Part shown: in pieces, positions 47,293 through 60,704 of the stretch | Position numbering within the stretch: the first letter of the stretch is position 1 | Layout of the letters: the number at the start of each line of letters is the position of its first letter | DNA from: Lophium mytilinum | Taxonomy: Eukaryota | DNA: 64,000 bases | Assembly: GCA_010093605.1 (NCBI GenBank) | Contig: MU004192.1 | Coordinates: 504,882 to 568,881 of the forward strand | Reading direction: 5' to 3' | Notes under the pieces: generated by a model | What the model was told of the DNA's origin: nothing | Databases searched by the model: none | The model's input: the letters and a program-made list of their open reading frames with translations, nothing else | Position numbers and translations under genes: made by a program

Positions 47293-49686
47293 ATGGTGTC
47301 TCTGCGGATTTTCGGCGGGCTCGCCCTGGTCCTGGGTTTGACCAAAGGACAGACCTATCCTGCCACAGGCAATGGCACCAACAGCAATGCGCCATATAAA
47401 AATTCAAATCTGCCGGTAGAGGATCGGGTCAAAGACTTGCTATCACGGATGACGATCCAAGACAAGGTGGCCCAGCTGATGCAAGGCGACATCTCCAACT
47501 GGATCAACACCACCACCAACGCCTTCAACTATAGCGGTCTCGTTGCAAATATGGAGACGAAGGCGGGCAGCTTCTACGTCGGCTATCCCGTCCCCCAGCA
47601 ATGGATTGCCCAGGGCGTCAAGCGTGCGCAAGACTATCTTCTACAAAACACCACTCTAGGGATCCCAGCCCTAGTACAAACGGAAGGAATACACGGCTTC
47701 CTAATTGGCAATGCAACTATCTTCAACAGCCCCATTGCACACGCGTGCTCCTTCAACGTGGACCTAATTCAGCAAATGGGAGCTGCTATCGCTCAAGAAT
47801 CGCTAGCCTTAGGCGTCAACCAAATCTTTGCCCCCCTGGCAGATCTTGCGCGAGAACTGCGATACGGACGCGTAGAAGAGACTTTTGGCGAAGACCCGTA
47901 TTTGACTGGCGAGATGGCCTACAGCTACATCAAGGGTCTCCAAGGCGGCAGCGTCTCTGCCACAGTCAAGCACTTCGCAGCATACAGCAGCCCGGAGCAA
48001 GGTCTGAACACTGGACCCGTACATGGTGGTGAGCGCGAGTTGAGGACGACTTGGCTGCCTCCTTTCAAGAGGGCCATCGTTGACGGAGAAGCATTCTCTA
48101 TCATGTCAGCTTACCACTCGTATGATGGTGTACCGGCCATTGCAGACCACCACATGCTCACTGATATCTTACGAGGAGAGTGGGACTACAAGTACTGGGT
48201 GACTAGCGATGCTGGAGCCACCGACCGTCTCTGCAATGCCTTCAAAATGTGCAGAGCCAGCCCCATCGACATGGAAGCGGTGACTATGTACGCTTTGCCG
48301 GCGGGGAATGATGTCGAGATGGGAGGTGGGTCGTTCAATTTCCAAAAAATTCCGGAACTGGTCAAAACTGGCAGATTAGATGTGGACGTCGTTGACACGG
48401 CTGTCTCGCGCCTCCTGACCGCTAAGTTTACAATGGGCATTTTCGAGCATCCTTATATGGCTGTGCCCGCAAATGAGACCGCGGCGCGTATCCACACTCC
48501 CAAATCTGTTCAGCTTGCGCGTCAGCTAGATGCTGAGTCGATCGTGCTGCTCGAAAATCATGACAGCACGCTACCATTGAAGAAGGATGCCAATGTTGCC
48601 GTCATTGGACCAATGGCACATGGATTCATGAATGTTTGTATTCATCCTCTCCCTCGTTAGTACACTACTTACAAGTAACAGTACGGCGACTATGTCGTGT
48701 ACCAGTCTCAGTATCACGGCGTCACCCCTCTGGATGGTATTCAGAGCGCCTCTTCCGGAAAAGTCACTTATGCTCAAGGCTGTGAGCGCTGGTCCACCGA
48801 CCAAAGTGGTTTCCCTGAAGCGGTCGCAGCCGCGAAAGCCGCTGATGTCGCAGTGGTAGTCGTTGGCACCTGGAGTCGCGACCAGATGGAGCTCTGGCAA
48901 GGCCTCAACGCTACGACTGGCGAGCACGTGGATGTCGCATCGCTGAACTTGGTTGGCGCCATGGGCCCCTTGGTCCAAGCAGTCATCGAGGCGGGCAAGC
49001 CGACTGTGGTGGTATACTCTTCTGGCAAACCCATCACCGAGCCATGGGTTTCCAACTCATCCTCTGCGCTGATACAGCAATTCTACCCGTCCGAGCAAGG
49101 AGGCAACGCTCTCGCCGACGTCCTATACGGCAAGCAAAATCCCAGCGGCAAACTCTCGGTCAGTTTTCCACACGACGTCGGGACGCTGCCTATATATTAC
49201 GACTATCTTAATTCTGGCCGCTCCACCGATCCCGGCACGATCACCGCCAATAATACCCTGATATTTGGCCACCAGTACGTCCTCGACACCCCGCAGCCTC
49301 TCTACGAGTTCGGCTATGGTAAATCTTACACCACCTTCCACTATTCGAACGTCACCCTATCCACCAGCACTCCCTCGGCTACAGACACTATTACGGCTAC
49401 TATCCAAGTCACCAACACGGGCAAGTACGATGGCCAAGAAGTGGTACAGGCGTACGTTCAGGACGTGCTGGCGAGTGTGGCAGTGCCAAATATCTTACTC
49501 AAGGGTTTCAAAAAGGTCATGATCAAGGCGGGCGAGACCAAGTCTGTGAGCATCCCAATTGACGTCAGCCAGCTCGGGGTGTGGGACATTAGGATGCAGT
49601 ATGTGGTTGAGCCCGGCGATTTCGTAGTCTGGGTAGGCTCGAGTAGCAAGGATCTGCGAGGGAACGCCACTTTCACTGTCGCGTAG
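47293..49686 (+). CDS. Secreted glycoside hydrolase family 3 (beta-glucosidase/xylosidase-like), intron 48634-48681
   Basis: Signal peptide, EGIHG, GRVEETFGEDP, VKHF, nucleophile region VTSDAG, SIVLLEN, NPSGKL and a C-terminal FnIII-like GQEVVQAYV. Confidence 0.95.
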
Positions 49687-50835
49687 TAGCCATGGGACTT
49701 CGAATAGAGCTTGATCATGCGTCACGGTGGACCCTTTATGTGTGTTTCAAGGGCCTGATCGCTCAAAGACCGGTGAAAGCCTACTCGTTTTCACTCTGTA
49801 TATAATGCAAGTTCGATTCTACACGTTAAATTTTATCTTTGAAGCCTATTGAATTACCCTAGGCACATGGTTATTCTCTCATAAAAGCGAAGTTACATTC
49901 ATATCAGGTGCCGATTGCACATCAGAAACCAGATCCTTTTTACTTCTGCAAGCAACTAGTGCACTGCATGATTTACTTCATAGTGCTTATGGCTTTCTAG
50001 GAGCAAAGCTTTGGAGATGCTATTCGATGGTCCTACCAAATTTCTAGGCCTCAGTGGTAAAAACATGGCAAGTGGGCCTAGTATGTGGTGGAGCATGGAG
50101 GCATTGATGTGGTTTTGACGATGATGGAGATCATTGTGATTGGCGATGGGTAACAGCCCGTACCTTAAAAGAAATTTCCCCTTTTGAGCATATGGAAGAG
50201 ATTATGAGCACGGTAAAGGCGTGCTGGAGACGCCTAGGACGGGTCGGAGACGTAAAGTCCAGCACCTCGTAAATCAGGTTCGTATTCATCCCCTTATTTT
50301 CGACATGTGCATCTCACCATATCTCAGCTTATAACAAATTCTCTTTCCCTCTGCACACCCAGCCACGCTATTGAACCACTTCTAAGCAATATTAAACCTA
50401 GAAATCAAGATGTAATGATCCACCCCTTATGAATCAGCTTGGTGTAAAAACACTTACCTTTACACTTGTGAGGGCTTATCACAGCGTGTCTCACATCGAC
50501 TTCACCATCCTTTTTGCGCGCTATCCTACGCCATTAAGCCACCCCCAACCAATACCAGAATTGAAGAAGAAAACGTCAGCCCCACCACACCACAGATTGG
50601 CATCACAGAATACAAGATAGGCAAAGGCTGTGTGCTGTTTGATTGATAATGGATATGCCATGTCCGGCTGCTTAAAGCCGCCTATGCCTATGAAGCGAGA
50701 TCCCACCCAGGCTCACCTACGCCTCCCCCAGATGTTCATCAGCTCTCGAGATGCCATGCAGAGCGGAATAGCTAGTTGGCTCCCACATCATCTCTATCAT
50801 ATCGCATCGCTCGTCAGCGTGATTTTCGGCTGCAA

Positions 50836-53634
50836 TCATGGCAAAGGAACCCCGCCGTCGACTCCATCCTCCACGCTATGGTCAATAGTGTCTACGTTGC
50901 CGTTCGTGGCCTGAGGCTCCAGTTCCTCAGCCGCAGCTGGTTCGGCTTTCAGATCCTCGGGCTCTGCTGCGTCCGCTGGGTTAGTTGCGGGTGTGGGGGC
51001 GTCATCGGTTTTGGGTTTGTTGAAGCGGTCTTTGGAGTGATCGATTAGAGGGGTGTCGTCGTTGAAGAGACGGAGGAGGAGCGCTCTGTCGCTTGTTAGC
51101 TGCAATTCTGCGGGGCATAGGAGTGGGTTTTTCTCTCACTTTCTCTCCTCCTTAGGAAGCATCAGGTTTAGAGAGGCTACGCTCCGCCACAGCGGAAGGA
51201 CCATTCGTTCCCTTGTAGGAATTAGTAAAGGCGAAGGTCGAGGAGGGTAGGAGAGCATACTTGAACCCATCTTCGTTATCGCTCGTCTCAACTCTAAGGA
51301 CGCAGCACCCCATCGGGATATCTCTCACCCTCTCACCGATTTCTCCAAGCTCTTTCCAGCCCTCCTTAGCTACCTGAGGGAACATCTCGATGAGAAGCTT
51401 CCTCAACGTCTCCTTCTTGTATAAACGAACGATCCGCTCTTCGCCTACCCACGGCTCGATAATCGGTATGCCGTCCGACTGTATCCGCCAGCGACAGGTG
51501 TCCTGTCCCTGTGCATCCTGCTTCATGAACATCTTGACTCCGCAGTGCACGAATTTCATGCCCTTCCCTTCCATCCGAACCAAAATCTCTCGCGCGAGTG
51601 CGGATGTGTAGTAGATCGCCTTCACTGGCTGGCCGGTTGCGTTGCGCACCATCCACCTATCTCGTGGGAACCTGGGAGAGATACTGTAGAAATCGTATAT
51701 TTTTGACAGTTCTTCGTGCTCAGGGTCAAGATATTTGAATGGCTCCTCCTGTGGCTGATTGGATCGCTTTTTGAACGGATTTTCGGTCTTGAGTCTAGGG
51801 CTTTTGGTCTCTTCTTTAGCGACGGCCGGCGCAGCGCTGGCTTCCACAGGAGCATCAGTCATTGTGATGTCGGTTGTAGGGTCGGTAGATGGAACATCGG
51901 GAGCCGTAGTGGTAGTTTCAAGCTCTTGGACTGGAGGCTTATCGTCTTCAGAGTGGCCTACCTTTACGCGCTTTGGAGATGCCTGATCGTCGTCATCCTC
52001 TAGAGACCGCTTTGCTGGCGATGAAGCTTTCGGTGCCGCGCTACCATTCTGCTTCACGGAAGGAGTAATTGGGTTCTTCGGCTCGGCCTCCGGCTTAGCT
52101 CGAATCTCAGAAAGCTTCTCCAGGACGCAAATGAAGAATCCACCGGTATCCTGAAGATGCGGGTAAACTCGCATGCATTTCTCAAGTGGGATTCGGTCTT
52201 CAGGACTTGCAACAGTTGGTGGAAACATGCTCTCGGCCAGTCGAGAAAGACCGTCCTCTCCAAACTCCTCCTTTTGCTTCTCCACATCGCTCCATTCGTT
52301 CCAGAAACGGCCGGTCTTGTCCATCACTTTCCAATCCGTAAGACCTTCGCGTCGGATCAGCCCGGGTAGCTCCTTTGTGCAGTCAATAATGCGGACATTC
52401 GCAGCTCCTCCACAACGCTCAATAGCGCTTGCGACCACAGCTTCGTTCTCCATTGGGTTGAGACTGCAAGTCGAGTAGACTACGCGGCCTCCCTTCTTCA
52501 GCATCTGAAGAGCTCGGACCAAAATTCGTCCTTGCAATGCGTGAAGACCCAACCCGTTCCCAGCAGTCCAATCCTTCCAAATACCGGGGTTTTTACGCGC
52601 TGTGCCGTCTCCAGAGCATGGAACATCTGCGAGAATTCGGTCAAACTTGAGATATCTCTTAGGCTTGCCTGGCTCAGACTCAATCTCGATAGAAGGAAAC
52701 ATAGTAGCATCGTGATTTGTAACGATCAAATTCGGAGAGTTCAGTCTCTTGACCTGATGCACCAGCATGTGAGCCCGTCGATTGTCCACATCGTTCGCAA
52801 TTAGTAAGCCAGTCGATCTCCCGTCGTCCTGGTAGTCATCCTCGCTCTCGGCCAGCGACATATCAGCCTCGATCTCTCGGCCATCAGGACTCATCTCCCG
52901 ACCTTGTTCTTGCGCAAGCTTATGGAGGACCTTGCGCACCCGGGCTTCCTCCCCACCATGGACCATCTCAGCCAGCTGCGCAGATTTGCTTCCCGGCGCA
53001 GCGCACAGGTCCAGCACCGTCATGCCGGGTTTTATATCCATCAAAAGCGGGGGTATCATGCTAACCACCTCTTGCCGACTGATGTTTCCAACTTGCGTCT
53101 CCGAGACCAAGAACTTCTGGAACGACGCGAAAGGAGCGAACTTGCGAATGACCTGTTTCGGGACAGTCATGGACCAAGCCAATTGTTCGGGATACCATGG
53201 CAGCTGTGTAGGAGGGTCGACGAGTTGGCCGTTGAACTTGACGCCGGTGATTTCGGGAATGTAGAGGTCTTTCAAGCGCTGCTGTACGGCAAGAGCATGG
53301 CTAGATAAGTTAGCCAATGTGATATCTCCATGTTCTCGCAGACATATACCCTTTGGATCCAGTGAAACGGAAGCTATTGGGCAGCTCCTTCTTCATAGTA
53401 GTCCAGAACTGGTCGCGCTCGTCCTCTGCGAGTATACCAAGCTTGTTGTAGTATCCCTCAAACGCTTCATTCTCTTTTGGAATTTCGGGATAGCTCGTAG
53501 TTGGTCCACGTCCTCCTCCACCACCGCCCCCTCCTCGTCCACGGCCTCGAAACTACAATCTAGTCAGTCTTTGATTAGAAGCCAGAGTGTAGCAAGCACA
53601 CGCAACCTACGTTCTTGTTTCCGCGCTTCCCCAT
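50836..53634 (-). CDS. NCL1: tRNA (cytosine-5)-methyltransferase, NCL1/TRM4/NSUN2 orthologue, multi-exon
   Basis: GNISRQEVVSMIPP, VLDLCAAPGSKS, FDRILADVPCSGDGT, VVYSTCSLNP and PHLQDTGGFF; start MGKRGNKN then an intron and an RGG stretch. Confidence 0.95.
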
Positions 53635-53890
53635 GATGTCGCGGAGTGAGTTGTCTGTGTAAGAAGTTTATGCGACAATCAAGCTCATCCTGTCTAGGTG
53701 AGGTAAGAATTAGAAGCTCGAGTGAAAGCTAAACCTTTTTTCCGAATCAAGCTTTTTAGCGGGCCGACTCGCTCCCGACCCCGCCACGTGCCGCTACCAA
53801 ACCACTGTAATCTCGACAACTTCCTTTACAGTACATTCTCACTGTGTTTCTCCATCAAGATACCGAAATCACGAAAAGAGGCGTTATACG

Positions 53891-55028
53891 ATGGAAACAA
53901 TCGACCGCGAGGTATACTTCAAAGATGACGTCTCTGTAACATCCAACGCTCGACCAATAGGCATATTTTCCTCCTACATGCTACTTTGCGTCTCACTTAC
54001 GATCTTGATCTTGCGATCGTTATATAAAAGTTCCCAGCGCCTTTCATCTCCTCAAAAAGCAACTCCAGATCAATTCGGGCGCACTCAACGTGTTGTCCTT
54101 TTCGCTGCTCTCGCGACCATCAGTCTCGGCACGACATGGTACTACATGTTCAGCTTCTTTTCTCACTCGTATCGCCATTGGCTATCTATACAACCTATAC
54201 CCCTATTACAAGATGCAGAACTTGAACTCGGAGCGTGGTTAAAGGACACGAAGCTATTCAAAGAAGCGTGGGGCACCGCGCTCGAAACACCGGAACGCTT
54301 CTGGTGGACGCAGCAGATCTTTTTCTTCACGTCTATATGGAGTGTGTTTCAAGGGCAACAAGGTAGCTCATCTCCTAGAACTCATCATCAACCTTCTCAT
54401 TCACATTAAGAGAATATGGTGATGTCAATACTGATCATGCCGCGTCCCAGGCTTCTCCCGCCGGATCCCTCATCTCTGGGCCTACATGCTCTTAGGCCAA
54501 GTCGTCGCAATCTCGTTCGCCACGAACCTCTTCTTTGTCGCCGTCTCACTGAACCCTGTATCAACGGGAGGAGGCTCGCCGCGAAACCGAGAGCGCTGGA
54601 CACCGCCACTATCAGTTCTCCTCATCCCCTTACTCGCGACCTTTGTCAGCACGGGCTTGATACCCAGCTCAGTCTCAAAGCCGTATTTCATGTACATATT
54701 ACTCCTGCCTCATTTTGCGCTATTCGTGCCACCGATACTGTACAATATCGTGCCTCCGTCTTGGGGAACGACGCATACGACTCTGAAAGCAGTGGGCCAG
54801 TACTATGAGCGCGTTTACTCTCTCCTTGTCATGCTGTCGATTGTATTCGTAGCGCTGGCGTCGAGACCGGCTTGGGGTGGGATTTCAGCGGCGCTTTATG
54901 AGCACCCTGCTGTTAGTAGTGTGGGATGGGACGTGATTCTCTGCTGGACAAGCTGGGGGGTCTGGACGCTCGTATATCAGATTGGCGCGAGTGGTGTGAA
55001 GGGAAAGACGGAAGTTAAGGAGCTATAG
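53891..55028 (+). CDS. Uncharacterised multi-pass membrane protein, intron 54363-54450
   Basis: Two hydrophobic ORFs join in frame; blocks TTWYYMFSFF, WLKDTKLFKEAW, HLWAYMLLGQVVAISFA and HPAVSSVGWD. Confidence 0.8.
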
Positions 55029-55058
55029 TAGAAGCAAGAGGCCGTATTGACGCCTCAC

Positions 55059-56364
55059 TCATCGTCGAGCTACTACAATGACTCCCCTAACGATTCTCGT
55101 ACGTGCCCACCACCCAAAGAGCCACTTCGCAGCTTTAAGCCCGCCAAACCCCACCCCAATCGCATCCAGATCTCTTTCTCTCCGATCAAGAAACCCAGTC
55201 AGCGGCGTGAACACGTGCTCCGAGATATCCTCCATCGCAATATTCTCCGCTCGGTACCCAGCCTCTTGCAGTTTCTTGCGGTACTGATCTACCGTCACGA
55301 AATTACCGTATGGCGAGCCGGACAAGACGCAAACAAGAAAGAGCAACGCCTTCTGGAACAACGTGACGTCCTCTGCCAGAACTAGATCAAACGCCATGAC
55401 CGAAGCGTCCAACTTTTCGTAGGCGTGTGCAATAACCGCCCACCGCGACGGCGAGAAGTGGTAGAACGTATCCAGCGCCAGCACCCATCGCGTCGTGCGC
55501 TCCGAGTTCGTCTGTACCGCCGTAAGCAACGCTTGAGGCCATGCGTCCGGCCGTGCGGCGTCTCCGCAGAATATCTGCACGCGGTCGGAGATGTGATCGG
55601 TAGCCAAGTCTCCCTGATTGAGGTGCTGGAAAGTGTTCAGACGAGCCTCCGCGTACTTGAATTGGGTTTTCGAGAGCGTGATGCCGGTGTATTTACGGAA
55701 AAGAGGGAACTTTTGCTGAGAAGAGGTTGTGCGAGCCCATTCGTCGGCGTGATACAGCGTTCCTGAGCTTCCTTCGACTTGCCGTGTCAGGTACTCGGTC
55801 TGGTCTCCGCAGCCGAATCCTAGATCGATAAGTTCAAGGGCTGTGGACTCGTCTTTGCCGGGTGTACGACGCATCACATCCGCCGTCTCGAGGACTTTGA
55901 TGAGGAGAGCGCGGCAGGCGGTTGGGAAGTCGTTCGTGTCCTTGATTTGATGAGATAGGCCATGAGAAATGACGAGTTTTTAAGGAACTAAAAGCTCGGG
56001 TAACGTGGATATGAGAGTTGTAGCGTACTTTCCAATACCCCATATTCATCCACATGCTCTTAGGCGGTAGGTCGATATTTAATCGACCGTGCTCTAGACC
56101 GTATACCTCCACGATCGCTTCGCTCTCATGCCATATGACTTTTTTGAGTTGTGGTGCGAGTGTCCGTACGGTTGGAATGAAGATGATACCGCATATGAAG
56201 ACGGCGGCTTGCCGGAGGTCTGTCCATGGGACTGTGTAGTCGTTGTTTGATGTGAAGAAGTAGATGAAGGGTATTAGTGGCAGAATGAACTTAATGATTT
56301 GGGGCTTTTGCGTGAAGAATAGGACGATGGAGACTGCGATCCCCAATGATTTGAACCCATTCAT
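55059..56364 (-). CDS. Class I SAM-dependent methyltransferase with an N-terminal membrane anchor, intron 55941-56028
   Basis: WMNMGYWK|DTNDFPTACRALL, motif I LIDLGFGCGDQ, GITLSKTQ and LALDTFYHF; hydrophobic N-terminus. Confidence 0.88.
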
Positions 56365-56711
56365 CTTCACGCTATCTGGAATGGGATTTGGGGAGTGGTG
56401 GTCAAGGAAGAGAGCTGGTCGTGCCTTAGTAGTTCTGTGCTATTCCCTCCTAGGACTAGTCTCCGGCGAGTTGATTGGCGCACGGATATGTATGTATACC
56501 TAGGTAAGATCTTGAAGTAGGAATCAAGAGTAAGTCAATACGCATGTGGCTTCATTGGCTTCAGTTTCAATCTTCCTCCTACCACCAGATCATCCTTTAG
56601 ATAGGCAGGTACATGATGCCACAAACAAGACTCGATGGTCGAACTCAGGGGCATTGCTGGAGATAATTTCAATAGTGTATCGCTATGTATAATTTCACCA
56701 TCAAACTACGT

Positions 56712-58774
56712 CTAAACCACGCTTTTCTCCTCTGGCAGTAGCCCGATGAAATCCAGCACATACGCGATGGCGTTGAGGAGCCCATAAAAGAGCATCGGAA
56801 TCACCCCAAACAGCAAATTCCCAATCTTCCCTCTACGCAGGATCGTCTCCGCGAGCTCGGTCACTGCAATATGCGGAGCCTCAGGACTCTCAAAAGGCCC
56901 GACAAGCCTGTAGAACGTAACGAAGGACGCACCAAAGCAATAAGTGAGCAAAACTCGCCAGCCGTGGCGGAGATAGAGCGTCAGAAGGCCGGGAGCCCCA
57001 CCAAAGTCTTTGGCAAGCGTGCTCATATACGCGCTATGATCTACACCATACTGGATCCGCGAGCCTTTGGAAGCGAGGAGGTGATAGTGCGGAGGATCTG
57101 TTGGGAGGGCCATGCGGTTGAGAATGAGAGCAGTCCACCACATGGCCTGCTGTTCTGCGATTGGCGGGATGGCGCCGACGCCGGGGCGGACGAAGCCGAT
57201 GTAGGCAATGGAGGGGTGGGAAGCATTGACGATGTTGCGGATGTTGGCCGAGGAGGCGGTCGGGTAAGACGGATCTAGCCAAGCAAAGTCTTGTTTGTAG
57301 CTGTTGAGCATAGTCAGAAAAAGTTGTTCGGTTTCATAGCGTCAATCCCTGTAGCGTAATCGATAAGTGGGATGACGGAGCAACTTACCCAGTGCAGTAG
57401 ACAACACAATCGGGCTTCACAGCCTTGTCTTTCATCCTTTGCCAGTCTTTTCGGTCTGGCCGGGGCTCGAAGATGACGGTGCCCGTCTCATCGATACATA
57501 CTGGAAATGTGCATGTGTCAACCCATTTGTCTGAGTTCGCGTCTTCTGGCGGGTCTACGTATTTGTTGCCGATGAAATCGAGGAACGCGTTCTTCGTTTT
57601 GTACGGGCGATTTAAGTAAGGCATCGCTTTGTTGCTTTTGTTCAGGAACACGTATGCGCGACCGAGTCTTTCCGGTGGCAGAGCTCCAACGTGCTGGTTC
57701 ATGCCGGCCTGAGTGCCTGTGAGGAACCAGAGGACACGCTTGATAACAAAATCTGAGACGAACCAGCGCAGTCGGCTTTGAGCTATCGCCCGGTGCACGT
57801 ATGCAGTCTCAAAAAGGTTCGTGATGAGTCCATCGATAGGCAAGCCGCCCTTGAATTGCCGCCCAAAAACTTGGAATCGGCTGAGAGCTTTGGGGAATGA
57901 GAGGAAGCCTGTCCTGTAGCACATCGTCACGGAGACAGCATCGGCCTTCATCGCTTCGTATGCAATGTCTAAAACGCCGTCTTAGCTGCTGGTGAGTTTT
58001 CTAAAACGTTAGACTCACCCATTGCAGTCTCTCCACACCCCAGGATGAGGATTTTGCGGCCGGTAAGCTGAGAGCGGGTCTTGTAGTTTGATGAATGAAG
58101 GACCTCGCCATGAATATTTTCAATGCCTTTGATACTTGGGATGTTGGCTTGAACATGCAATCCAGTACATATTGCAACATGTGAGCAATCATAGTTGCGC
58201 TCCTCGCCGGAGGGGTTGTCGATGTATTTGACCCGATGCTTCCACTTCTGGCTTGAAGACTCGAGCGGCGAGATGTTGACAACAGGACAACGGAGCTTGA
58301 TGAAAGGAGCAAGGTCAAATCGGTCAACATATGACTTTAGGTAATCGACGTATTGTGGCAGAGAAATATGATCTGGCTGGTCCAGTGGGAAGCGGAAGTC
58401 GGAGAAGGCTGTAAGCTGTTTCGAGCTCACCAGCTCTGCGTTCTCGTAGGAGCGGTACTGGAAGGTACCGCCAATATTCTCTTCGCTGTTTTGAGTAAGT
58501 CATGGCCTCTATAGGTAGTGGTAATTGTCATGGTGATTGATGAATTCGATAGAAAGAACGAAGTCGCCAAGACAAAGACTATTCATAAGAAAAGCCAGCA
58601 CTCACGCTTCAAACAGACGGGCTTCAATTGGTCTCTCTGGAGTTGAAGCTTCCAATAGAGTCTTCAACGTGACCAGACCTCCTGGCCTTGATCGTGTCAG
58701 CTTTCGGCTTAGAAGGGAGTTAGTGATGACTGAACTGACCCAGCCCCAACAACAGCAACCCTCAGTACTTCCAT
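56712..58774 (-). CDS. Flavin-containing monooxygenase (FMO family), introns 58687-58739, 58486-58605, 57969-58018, 57301-57388
   Basis: FAD motif VAVVGAGPGGL, IGGTF, FSDF, FMO fingerprint IHGEVLHSSNYK, NADP motif LGCGETAMD, CTGY and a C-terminal TM helix. Confidence 0.92.
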
Positions 58775-59249
58775 GTCCTTTGCAGCTCTTCCGGCAGACC
58801 CATTCGTCTCTTTGACTGATGAGGTGAGGTCGGCGTCAGATTTCTCGGGGGCTCAACGATGCACAGCGGCGGAGCTCTGCTACCTGTTGCAGACTGGCGG
58901 GGTGGTCTTGGGAGGTCTTGGGTGGCGCCCGCCCTCGGCTGGTTGGTGACTTTCTCTCGTGCCTGCAGCACGATGACGAGGGAGCTGCCCCTCTGGCAGC
59001 GCCTCTTTTTATCTCCGTCTTCCTGGACAAGTTATTCTCCCGTGTTACTCTACTGTTTGCTCCTGAGTGAAGTCTTCGTCCGTAACCTCTGACGAGCCGG
59101 TGCTTTGCTGTCCTTTGCGTTGCGCGTTCCAAGCCTCAAGTTTTGCAATCCTAGGTATACTTACTACGCCATGCCTTCGTATCATTTCTCATAATCCTTC
59201 CTCTTAATTGCGCTTCACTCTTCTCGATACCAAAGCCCTGGAGTTCGGA

Positions 59250-60704
59250 ATGGAGAAGCAGAAGCAGCTTCGAGTTGCCATAGTTGGCTCGGGCATGGCA
59301 GGCCTCGTGACTGCATATTTGTTGAATCAAGATCCCCGCCAGCGGTATGCCGTCACTTTGTTCGAAGCGGTTCGTGTTCAAGCTCTCCAACTCCAGGGAC
59401 AGTGCTGACAGGTCCAGGGCAAAGTCCTCTCCCTCGATTCGGCCTCCCTCTCCGTACAGAGTCCAGATTCCAAGCGTGTAGACCGCGTCGACCTTCCCAT
59501 GCGCGCTTTCGCAGGCGGATACTACCACAACCTAAGAGCAATGTATGACCACCTCGGGGTTTCATACCATGCCCAGCCGTTCCTATTCGATTTCTCCACG
59601 GTCAACACACGGGATCCTGGGTCAGCGGAGAAGAAAGCCGGCAACTCCTACTTCATCCACTCCTCCAACAACCATCGCATCCCGCCGGTGAGACCAAACG
59701 CAATCGGGACCACGTCACATCTGATAGAGATCGCTTATCTGATCTTGTGGTACACTTGGTTTTCCGTCTGCTGCTTTCTTGTACGACCACACCCGACCAA
59801 TGAGACGCAGGAATGCGAAACCGTCGGCGAGTATCTGAGGAGGATCCGGATGGCGCCATACTTCGTTTCGCATTACCTTCTGCCGCTGATGTCGGGAGTC
59901 TCAACGTGTCCTCACGAAACGCTTCTCGCATTCCCGGCCTCAGATGTGCTCGAGTACAAACGATTAACTCATCGGGCGCAGCATTACACTGTCTCGAATG
60001 GCGTTTGCTCGGTTCAGGACAAGCTAGTGAATGAGGTAGACGTACGTCTAGCTGCCATTGTTGAAGCCGTGCACACAGAAAATGCTTTCGTCAGGATTGA
60101 ATGGAGGAGCAGTGACGATGAGAACTCGACCGCACTACCCCAGGAAAACTTCGACAGAGTAGTCCTAGCAGTATCTCCAGATATTGTAGGAAAGATGTTC
60201 GAACCCCTGAGACACGAAATGGACCAGATACCTACCGTACTAGTTGAGAGCGTCATACACACCGACGAGGCCACTCTCGGCGAGCCAACCCAGGAGGTCT
60301 TCGCAAGCCGTGACCGATCCGACGCTCAAATCATACACCTCCGTACGAGCTCCGCAGGCTCCGCCATGACCGAATCCGTACATGTGCAACCCTCGGGGAC
60401 TATTGTTACGACGTGTCCGTTCAGCTCCATAGACCCGGATCGGATCATCCAGTCGTCAACCTTCACCCGCGTACTGCGCAACCCACGAAGTAGGAGAATA
60501 GTGAACAACATCTTCAATAGACATCATTCCACCCCCCAGTCCGAGAAAGACAGACTACGCTGGAAAAACGGCGACGGCGGCGTCTGGCTGGCTGGCGGTT
60601 GGTGTTGGGACGGCATGGTATTACTAGAAGGATGCGTCGTCTCCGCGATGCGGGTAGCAGACGACTTCGGCGTCCCAATTCCCTGGCGATGCGGTGCCCT
60701 TTAA
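59250..60704 (+). CDS. FAD-dependent oxidoreductase (amine oxidase / desaturase-like Rossmann fold), intron 59370-59417
   Basis: RVAIVGSGMAGLVTAYLL, RVDLPMRAFAGGYY, FDRVVLAV and VWLAGGWCWDGMVLLEGCVVSAMRVA. Confidence 0.88.
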
